Assembly: GCA_009781275.1 (NCBI GenBank)
Contig: WQYK01000001.1
Coordinates: 1-55,981 of the forward strand
DNA length: 55,981 nt
From: Bacteroidales bacterium
GTDB lineage: Bacteria; Bacteroidota; Bacteroidia; Bacteroidales; UBA932
Direction of reading: 5' to 3'
Program-made: the position numbers and the translations under genes
The notes under the pieces: model-generated
The model's input: the letters and a program-made list of their open reading frames with translations, nothing else
The model's database searches: none
What the model was told of the DNA's origin: nothing
Shown here: positions 46,482-53,384 of the stretch, in pieces
Numbering within the stretch: position 1 is the first letter of the stretch
How the letters are laid out: each line of letters begins with the position of its first letter

Positions 46482-47432
46482 TTACGAATTATTTCGAACC
46501 ACAAGATAAGCCGCCCCCAGCAACCCCGCCCCCTCCACCTCAGAAGCCACAAATTGAGCCTGGCGAATGCTGATAGGCTGCGCCCAACGGAGCGCCTCAC
46601 GATAAATATCATCGATAAACGGCACAGCCGGCCCAAAAATGCCCCCTCCCCAAATCACTTTTTGAGGATTCAACAAACTGACAAGATTGGCCGACGCCAT
46701 GCCCCAAAACTCAACAGCTTTGTGCAGTACCGCCACCGCAATGGGGTCGCCCGCCGCATAGTGGGCAAATACATCGTAGGCCGTTACCTCCTCTATCTTT
46801 TTGTGCCGCATCGGTCCATTGTATGCGGCATCTTTCTGCAATAATTTGCGCGCCTGCACCCCGATTCCGCTCCCCGACGCATACAATTCAAAGCATCCGC
46901 ATGCATCGTATTCCGCCAGATAGGGCGGTTGAAGCGCCATCCACCCAGCAGCGCCAATAATATCACTCTGACCGTGTAGCAGTTTTCCGTCTATCAAAAT
47001 ACCCACGCCAATCCCCGTACCAACAGCAATAAAAACAGCATTATCGCACCCTTGTGCAGCTCCTTTCCACACCTCTCCCAAAATGTGACAACTGCGGTCG
47101 CTCTCTATGAAAACGGGTGCAGAAAGCTCCGGTAGCCCCTTGCGAATATGGTTGGCAAGAGGAAAGTTGTCCCATCCGGGAATATTGGGCGCCCATACCG
47201 TTTCTGTTTTGGAATAGACAATGCCAGGAATACAGATACCGATTCCGTCAATCTTTGTTTTTGCCCCACAGGCCGATACCACTTCAAGAATCACCTCAAC
47301 GGCCAAATCTCCTACTTCATTTGCAGAACGATGCTCCAAAAGGCGTTTGTGGGGGTGCAACATAGCGCCGGCAGGCTCAAAAAGAGCGCCGGCAATCTTG
47401 GTTCCTCCAATGTCAAGGGCTATAACAGACAT
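46482..47432 (-). CDS. ROK-family sugar kinase
   Basis: MSVIALDIGGTKIAGALF ATP-binding motif, Cys-containing ROK signature region (DACGCFELYASGSG). 316 aa. Confidence 0.9.
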   Translation of the reverse strand: MSVIALDIGGTKIAGALFEPAGAMLHPHKRLLEHRSANEVGDLAVEVILEVVSACGAKTKIDGIGICIPGIVYSKTETVWAPNIPGWDNFPLANHIRKGLPELSAPVFIESDRSCHILGEVWKGAAQGCDNAVFIAVGTGIGVGILIDGKLLHGQSDIIGAAGWMALQPPYLAEYDACGCFELYASGSGIGVQARKLLQKDAAYNGPMRHKKIEEVTAYDVFAHYAAGDPIAVAVLHKAVEFWGMASANLVSLLNPQKVIWGGGIFGPAVPFIDDIYREALRWAQPISIRQAQFVASEVEGAGLLGAAYLVVRNNS

Positions 47433-47450
47433 ACTATCGATTTTGTTTTT

Positions 47451-50400
47451 TCAGACCACGAAGATAGGGATATTTTGGATATACCACACAAACCCCTCCA
47501 CCTCTTTGTATCCCATTTGTTGTAAGGCTTGTACATATTTATCCATCTGATGCTGATGAGCGGGATGAGGCTGTCCGAATTTATAGTCGATCACCACAAC
47601 GCGCCCCTCTTTCTCCATGACGCGGTCAGGACGGATGTGATGGCTGTCGCAGGCGGGCAGCAAAATAGAGGCTTCGTTGCGGACTGTCCAGCTACCGTCA
47701 AACCATTCCAATGCTTGCGGTTGGGCCAAAGCGTTTCTAATCACCTGCTCATAATGACACTGTTCCTCCCTGTCGGGCGCCAGCACCCCCTCCTTTACCA
47801 ACGTTTCTATGGCTGTGCCGATCTCATCAAGCGTGTTGATGCGCGACAGCAAACTATGAAGGATCACGCCTCGCTTACGGGGTGATATCTCTTCTGACAC
47901 AAGCGATTCGTCGGCAAGGCGGGTGTGCAGGCGGAGGTCGGAAACAGATGATACATATTGAGAGAGCGGAGTGGCAGACTCAGCAGTTTCGTGCGATTTT
48001 TGCTTGGGACTGACAAAAGCGCCAAAGGTAAGGCGATCAGTAGTCGCTCCTTGTGGAAAAAGCACCTCTTTGAGTGTAGACGCTAAGTTTGGGGTGGTGC
48101 TTGCTGTTTGGGGCAAAAAGAGGTAGAGTTCATCCTTAGCACGGGTAGCCGCCACATAAAAAACGTTCAGTTGATCCACAAGATACTGCATCTTCTCGTA
48201 GTAGTAATCATGCGCAAAAAGACTCTGCTTCATGTCGGAACTCCAACGCTGCGGCACAAACGGCAGTTGATTGAGCGGCGCCTCCTGGGGCTGTGCCCAC
48301 ACAATGGGCAACTGCCTGGACATATACTCCAATCCCCAATCGCAAAAAGGAATCACAACCACCGGATACTCCAATCCCTTTGCTTTGTGAATCGTCAACA
48401 GGTTGATGGCTATCTCTGAACACTCTAACTGGAGCGTGACTTTATGTCCATTTTGATTCCACCACCGGACAAAAGAGAAGACATCGCCTCCATGGTTTTT
48501 GGAGAAAGTGAGGATTTGGTTGTGCAGCTCCTGAATATAGGCAAAACAGCTGTGCCGCTCCGTCCACTTAAGTACTCTGATCAGCTCTTCAAAGGCTTGG
48601 GGAAGGGCGTGGAATTGCAACGCTCCGCTCCACAGCGCATCGGGACATGAGGTACCTAACTGTTTGCTGAGGTGCTCAATCAGCCGGTTGTTTAATGCAT
48701 CATGCGGACGCAGGAACCGCTTAAAGATCGCTACAATCAACTGCACTTCGGGCGAGTGGCTCAAAAAGAGGGTGTCGGGAGATAACACTTCAAAACAGTA
48801 GCCATGAGCCTCGGGGCGCTCTTTAAACGACATCAGGGCTGTAGCGATTTGTTGGCCCTGTTCTTTGGTCCGCACCAAAATGGCAATGTCCGAGGCACAG
48901 AAACCACGCTTCTGCAGCTCTATCATTAAATGAGGCAGACGCTCTAAAATTTGCGCTTTGGCGCTCTGCTCCCGTGTCGGTTCCACAGAAGAGATGGCAA
49001 CAAACCCTCCGCTCTCTTTTTGAGGAGGGGCGACTTGTTGACGTACATCGTCGTATGCCTTTACGATCTCCCGGGGGATGGCTTGAAGTTCCGGAGAAGC
49101 TTCGGATGGCAAATCGGAAACAAAGTCTTGATGCACTGTTTGGATCAGTCGCTCAAAAAGAGTTCCCACTGTCTCTGTCAGCACCTCCCTGCTCCGCCAG
49201 TTTACGTTGAGCGTTTTGTCGATAAACTTATGGGGAGATAGATCTCCATAAATCCCACCTCCCAAAATACGCCAATCGCTGTTGCGCCACCGGTAGATCG
49301 ACTGTTTGACGTCTCCCACCACCATCGAGACGCCTCCTTGAGACAATCCATTAAATATGAGCGGCAACATCACATTCCATTGCATCACGGAAGTGTCCTG
49401 AAACTCGTCCAATAAAAAATCGGAGTAGCGGCAACCCATTCGCTCCAGTATAAAAGGGGCATCGCTTTGTGAGGTTAAGGCGCTCAGGAGCAAGAGCGTT
49501 TGACTTAGGTGCACTGCGTTTTCTTTAGAAAGGAGGGCACGAACGTGGCGTTGAATATCTGCGGCCAGCCCCATTTGCGGGAGCCATTTTAACGCCGACC
49601 TGACGGCAAACCAGGCAGGCGCATGGTTATTGTAATACTCTATGCACTGACGCATCAGACTGTGAAGCGGATGGTATATGGCCTCAATTTGCTCTGCCTT
49701 TGGGTCATTTTTGGTCATCCACTCGGCCGGATCGTCCAGCGCTTTGAGTACTGAATCCGTAGGCTTATAAGCGCCCTCCATAACCTTATCAAAGTAGCGC
49801 ATGAATGAGCTTGCCTTTCTTCTAAAATCGGTAGTACTTAAACCGTTTTTTGATAAAAAAGTCAATACCTCAGTAGCGTGATCCTCCATCTGTTGCCTAA
49901 ATTGCTTCTCCAACGTGCACAGCTCCTGCATGTAGGACAACAAAAACGCCTTGTCGCAAAGCTGATTGGCAAATGCGACGCCAAAGGAGCTAAAGCGCTC
50001 GTTAAACACCTGCTTGCCAACCTCTTCTAACGCCTTCTGCACATTCCAGGGCTTTCCCTCCCCAATCCGTTCCGACAAAATGTCCCCAATCCATTTTCTG
50101 TTTTGGGGATGGGTCGACACTTCATCCACCACTTGGTCAATGGCTTCCTGTAGCAAACGCTGACTGTTCAGCTCCACCGTATAGGCAGACGGTAGTCCCG
50201 CCTCCCAAATAAAAGAGCGCACAATGCGTTGAAAAAAAGCATCAATGGTGTAGACCGAGAACCGTCCATAGTCGTGCAGGATGGCACTGCGCAACGCACA
50301 GGCGCGCCTCCTCAACTCCTCCTCCCCCATCCCCGCACACTCCTTTTCCAGACAAAACTCCCGCCTCAACCGCACACCCTGCTCATCGTCCGGCGGAAGG

Positions 50401-50588
50401 CTCAAGTCGTTCAAAAGACTGATTATACGCACCTTCATCTCCTCGGTCGCCTTGCGTGTAAAGGTCAGCGCCATTTGATGCAGGTACGCCGTGGGGGATT
50501 CCCTCCCCAACAGACGCCGCACAAACGCGCGGGTAAGCGTATGGGTTTTACCCGAACCGGCAGAGGCCCGGCAGACGGTGATGCTCAT
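47451..50588 (-). CDS. UvrD/Rep-type helicase fused to a PD-(D/E)XK nuclease (AddA/RecB-like)
   Basis: Walker A ASAGSGKTHTLT. DEFQDTS (Walker B / motif II). C-terminal nuclease motif RPDRVMEKEGRVVVIDYKFG. ATG 50588 is preferred because the TTG at 50597 lies inside a -7 box. Confidence 0.85.
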   Translation of the reverse strand: MSITVCRASAGSGKTHTLTRAFVRRLLGRESPTAYLHQMALTFTRKATEEMKVRIISLLNDLSLPPDDEQGVRLRREFCLEKECAGMGEEELRRRACALRSAILHDYGRFSVYTIDAFFQRIVRSFIWEAGLPSAYTVELNSQRLLQEAIDQVVDEVSTHPQNRKWIGDILSERIGEGKPWNVQKALEEVGKQVFNERFSSFGVAFANQLCDKAFLLSYMQELCTLEKQFRQQMEDHATEVLTFLSKNGLSTTDFRRKASSFMRYFDKVMEGAYKPTDSVLKALDDPAEWMTKNDPKAEQIEAIYHPLHSLMRQCIEYYNNHAPAWFAVRSALKWLPQMGLAADIQRHVRALLSKENAVHLSQTLLLLSALTSQSDAPFILERMGCRYSDFLLDEFQDTSVMQWNVMLPLIFNGLSQGGVSMVVGDVKQSIYRWRNSDWRILGGGIYGDLSPHKFIDKTLNVNWRSREVLTETVGTLFERLIQTVHQDFVSDLPSEASPELQAIPREIVKAYDDVRQQVAPPQKESGGFVAISSVEPTREQSAKAQILERLPHLMIELQKRGFCASDIAILVRTKEQGQQIATALMSFKERPEAHGYCFEVLSPDTLFLSHSPEVQLIVAIFKRFLRPHDALNNRLIEHLSKQLGTSCPDALWSGALQFHALPQAFEELIRVLKWTERHSCFAYIQELHNQILTFSKNHGGDVFSFVRWWNQNGHKVTLQLECSEIAINLLTIHKAKGLEYPVVVIPFCDWGLEYMSRQLPIVWAQPQEAPLNQLPFVPQRWSSDMKQSLFAHDYYYEKMQYLVDQLNVFYVAATRAKDELYLFLPQTASTTPNLASTLKEVLFPQGATTDRLTFGAFVSPKQKSHETAESATPLSQYVSSVSDLRLHTRLADESLVSEEISPRKRGVILHSLLSRINTLDEIGTAIETLVKEGVLAPDREEQCHYEQVIRNALAQPQALEWFDGSWTVRNEASILLPACDSHHIRPDRVMEKEGRVVVIDYKFGQPHPAHQHQMDKYVQALQQMGYKEVEGFVWYIQNIPIFVV

Positions 50589-50594
50589 GATGGA

Positions 50595-50602
50595 CAAAGT
50601 TA
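50595..50602 (-). promoter_or_regulatory. Candidate -7 box (TAACTTTG) 6 nt upstream of the helicase-nuclease ATG
   Basis: Exact TAnnTTTG match on the minus strand, in the 34-nt gap between the trpB2 stop (50623) and ATG 50588. Confidence 0.4.
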
Positions 50603-50622
50603 CACTTTATGTGCGTCTTTTG

Positions 50623-51984
50623 CTACGCCAATCGCTCCAATTTGCCTACATTTTCTTTGATTACCTCATCACTAAGTTCATAATTATACAGGTCGCCGGA
50701 CAGATAGGCGTCATAAGCGGTCATGTCAATCAATCCGTGTCCCGACAGGTTAAACAAAATGGTCTTTTGCTTTCCCTCCTCCTTAGCCTTAATCGCCTCC
50801 TGAATGGTGGCGGCAATAGCGTGGCACGACTCTGGCGCAGGAATGATGCCCTCGGTTTGTGAAAACAGAATGCCTGCCTTAAATGAATCGAGCTGTTTGA
50901 TGTCGACCGCCTCAATCAAGTTGTCTTTAAGCAACTGACTTGCAATCGTCCCTGCCCCGTGGTAACGCAACCCTCCCGCATGAATATGGGCGGGCGAAAA
51001 GTTGTGCCCCAGAGTAAACATGGGCAATAGCGGCGTATACCCCGCTTCATCTCCAAAGTCATACTCAAAGACGCCACGCGTCAGCTTGGGACAGGAGGCG
51101 GGTTCTGCCGCTACAAAGCGGGTATTTTTTTGCCCAGACAGCTTGTGGCGCAAAAAGGGAAATGAGATGCCGCCGAAATTGGAGCCTCCGCCAAAGCATG
51201 CCACCACCACATCGGGATAGTCGTCTGCCATCTCCATTTGTTTCTCTGCCTCTAAGCCTATCACCGTCTGGTGCATCATCACATGGTTGAGCACGCTGCC
51301 CAGCGTGTATTTGCAATTGGGCGTTTGCATCGCCAGCTCCACCGCTTCCGAAATGGCTGTGCCTAAGCTGCCCTGATAGTTGGGGTAGTCGGTCAGGATT
51401 TTCCGGCCCGCTTTGGTGGACATCGACGGCGACGGAATAACCAATGCGCCAAATGTTTGCATAATAGAGCGGCGATAGGGCTTTTGCTCGTAACTCACCT
51501 TTACCATGTACACCGCCAGCTCCAGGCCAAACGCTTTGGCAGCGTAAGACAAAGCTGCACCCCACTGTCCGGCGCCCGTTTCTGTGGTGATGTTGGTCAC
51601 CCCCTCCTTTTTGCAGTAGTAGGCTTGAGGAAGGGCAGAGTTGAGTTTGTGCGACCCCACAGGGCTTACACTCTCATTTTTAAAGTAGATGTGCGCAGGC
51701 GTATCCAACGCCTTTTCTAAGCCTGTGGCACGGACCAATGGTGTGGAGCGATAGTTTTTATAAAGCTCGCGCACCTCTTGCGGAATTTCGATAAACCGGT
51801 CGGTTTGGTTTAGCTCCTGATGACAGAGCTCTTGGGCAAAAAGCGGGTAGAGGTCTTGGGGTTGCAACGGTTGTTTGGTATCCGGGTGAAGCATGGGCAG
51901 CGGTTTGTTTTTCATGTCCGCCACAATGTTGTACCATGCGGTGGGGATTTGGGTTTCCGGGAGGAAGAGTCGTTTTGTGGTCAT
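50623..51984 (-). CDS. trpB: TrpB-like PLP-dependent enzyme (tryptophan synthase beta chain 2 type, TrpB2)
   Basis: ETQIPTAWYNIVADM N-terminus characteristic of TrpB2. PLP-lysine motif GSHKLNSA. TETGAGQWG, GGGSNFGG and HAGGLRYHG motifs. 453 aa. No trpA or other trp genes lie nearby. Confidence 0.93.
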   Translation of the reverse strand: MTTKRLFLPETQIPTAWYNIVADMKNKPLPMLHPDTKQPLQPQDLYPLFAQELCHQELNQTDRFIEIPQEVRELYKNYRSTPLVRATGLEKALDTPAHIYFKNESVSPVGSHKLNSALPQAYYCKKEGVTNITTETGAGQWGAALSYAAKAFGLELAVYMVKVSYEQKPYRRSIMQTFGALVIPSPSMSTKAGRKILTDYPNYQGSLGTAISEAVELAMQTPNCKYTLGSVLNHVMMHQTVIGLEAEKQMEMADDYPDVVVACFGGGSNFGGISFPFLRHKLSGQKNTRFVAAEPASCPKLTRGVFEYDFGDEAGYTPLLPMFTLGHNFSPAHIHAGGLRYHGAGTIASQLLKDNLIEAVDIKQLDSFKAGILFSQTEGIIPAPESCHAIAATIQEAIKAKEEGKQKTILFNLSGHGLIDMTAYDAYLSGDLYNYELSDEVIKENVGKLERLA

Positions 51985-52011
51985 GTTGTTTTGATTGATG
52001 ATTTATAAAAT

Positions 52012-52043
52012 AAAAAAACCGATGCTCTGGGGGTGAGCATCGG
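52012..52043 (-). terminator. Intrinsic terminator (candidate attenuator terminator, also able to stop prfB read-through)
   Basis: Minus-strand RNA CCGAUGCUC-ACCCCCA-GAGCAUCGG, a perfect 9-bp stem, followed directly by UUUUUUU. It ends 27 nt before the trpB2 ATG. Confidence 0.75.
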
Positions 52044-52085
52044 GGAATGGTTTGATGAAATATTTGGAGGGTTACTCCATAAGGG

Positions 52086-52160
52086 CTACATAAACAGGGC
52101 CGAAGTCACAACAGATTCTCTGCTGCGCCACCACCATTGTTGTATGTTTTGGTTCTTCAT
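52086..52160 (-). CDS. Candidate Trp leader peptide MKNQNIQQWWWRSRESVVTSALFM
   Basis: 24-codon ORF with three consecutive TGG codons (52136-52128). Its ATG is 18 nt downstream of an exact -7 box, and the ORF lies upstream of the terminator and trpB2. It is too short to appear in the ORF track. Confidence 0.6.
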   Translation of the reverse strand: MKNQNIQQWWWRSRESVVTSALFM

Positions 52161-52178
52161 GTGTGATCTTATCGAGGG

Positions 52179-52186
52179 CAAAGGTA
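52179..52186 (-). promoter_or_regulatory. Candidate -7 box (TACCTTTG) for the trp leader / trpB2
   Basis: Exact TAnnTTTG match on the minus strand, 10 nt after the prfB stop codon. A TTTG lies about 22 nt further upstream, inside the prfB 3' end. Confidence 0.5.
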
Positions 52187-52196
52187 ATATTTTTTT

Positions 52197-53277
52197 TTAA
52201 TTGTCCATCAAAAACCGTTTCATAAATTCGTTCAAATCGCCATCGAGTACCCCTTGCGTATCGGAAGTTTCATAACCCGTCCGCAAATCTTTGACCATTT
52301 TATAGGGATGCAGCACATAGCTTCTAATTTGGGAGCCCCACTCTATCTTCTTTTTAGAGCCCTCCAGCTCTGCCTGCTTTTCCCGTTTTTTCTGTAGCTC
52401 GATTTCATACAGATGCGACTTTAAAATCCGCAAAGCGTTTTGTCGGTTGTCCAACTGCGACCGCGTCTCGGTATTCTCTACCGTAATGCCGGTGGGAATG
52501 TGGCGCACGCGCACCCCCGTCTCCACCTTGTTTACATTTTGTCCGCCCGCGCCGCTCGACCTAAAGGTGTCCCACTCCAGGTCAGAAGGATTTACTTCAA
52601 TCTGAATCGTTTCGTCCACAGCGGGATAGACAAATACCGACGAGAAGGTCGTCTGGCGCTTCCCCTGAGCATTAAAGGGAGAGATGCGCACCAATCGATG
52701 CACGCCGTTCTCTGCCTTGAGAAATCCGTAAGCATAATCGCCTTCAAACTCAACGGTGCACGATTTGATGCCCGCCTCGTCTCCGTCCGTAATCTCGTAG
52801 GTGTGCACCTTGTATCCATTGCGCTCGCCCCAGCGGATATACATCCGCATCAACATCTGCGACCAGTCGTTGCTCTCGGTACCGCCCGCTCCGGAGTTGA
52901 TTTTAAGAATAGCGCCCAACTTGTCGGCCTCCTCGCCCAACATGTTGCGCATCTCCAAATCCTCAATCAACTGCAACGCCGTTTGGTACTGACGCTCCAA
53001 ATCAACATCAGCGCCCTCGTCCTCTTTGGAAAACTCGTAGAGCACCTCCAAATCGTCTAAAGCTCCAATAATAGTTTGATACGCTTCTACCCAATACTTT
53101 AGACTGGACGTTTGCTTCAAAAAGAGCTCTGCTGCTTTGGGGTCGTCCCAAAAGTCAGGCATCTGAGAGCGCTCGGTGGCGGCTTCTATTTCAACTACTT
53201 TGCCTTCGATGTCAAAGGCACCTCCTCAACGTGGACTCACGTTGTCGGAGCTCTTTTATTTGGTCAAGAGAGATCAT
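52197..53277 (-). CDS. prfB: Peptide chain release factor 2, requiring a programmed +1 ribosomal frameshift
   Basis: Frame 0: ATG 53277, MISLDQIKELRQRESTLRRCL, then in-frame TGA. Shifting +1 at CTT TGA C continues as DIEGKVVEIEAATERSQMPDFWDDP... into ORF 52197..53162. SPF (RISPFNAQ) and GGQ (SGAGGQNVN) motifs are present. Confidence 0.93.
53211..53226 (-). promoter_or_regulatory. RF2 autoregulatory +1 frameshift cassette AGGAGG-TGC-CTT-TGA-C
   Basis: Minus-strand AGGAGG (53226-53221), a 3-nt spacer, the slippery CTT (53217-53215), an in-frame TGA (53214-53212), then C (53211). Confidence 0.9.
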
Positions 53278-53301
53278 CCGGGATGTGGTTTAATACAAAA
53301 A

Positions 53302-53309
53302 CAAAGGTA
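53302..53309 (-). promoter_or_regulatory. Candidate -7 box (TACCTTTG) for prfB
   Basis: Exact TAnnTTTG match on the minus strand, with 24 nt between the box and ATG 53277. Confidence 0.5.
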
Positions 53310-53335
53310 AGAGAAATTTTTGAATAACAATTTCC

Positions 53336-53343
53336 TATTTTTG
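53336..53343 (+). promoter_or_regulatory. Candidate -7 box (TATTTTTG) for the CoADR-rhodanese gene
   Basis: Exact TAnnTTTG match, with 41 nt between the box and ATG 53385. Divergent from the prfB promoter. Confidence 0.45.
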
Positions 53344-53384
53344 CAAAATAAAAAGGAGCAAAAACCACCTTATTGTAAACAATC

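Noticed and set aside
52012-52043. Reading the hairpin plus U7 simply as the prfB terminator
   Set aside because: Not fully rejected, since it probably serves that role too. It does not explain the 150-nt spacer, the exact -7 box right after the prfB stop, or a short ORF with three consecutive Trp codons in front of a Trp-synthesis gene.
52125-52136. Complementarity between the Trp codons UGGUGGUG(G) and the terminator loop/5' arm CACCCCCA (8 of 9 pairs), considered as the antiterminator
   Set aside because: A ribosome stalled on the Trp codons would mask this segment and favour termination under Trp starvation, which is the opposite of the expected logic. It is probably incidental G-run/C-run complementarity.
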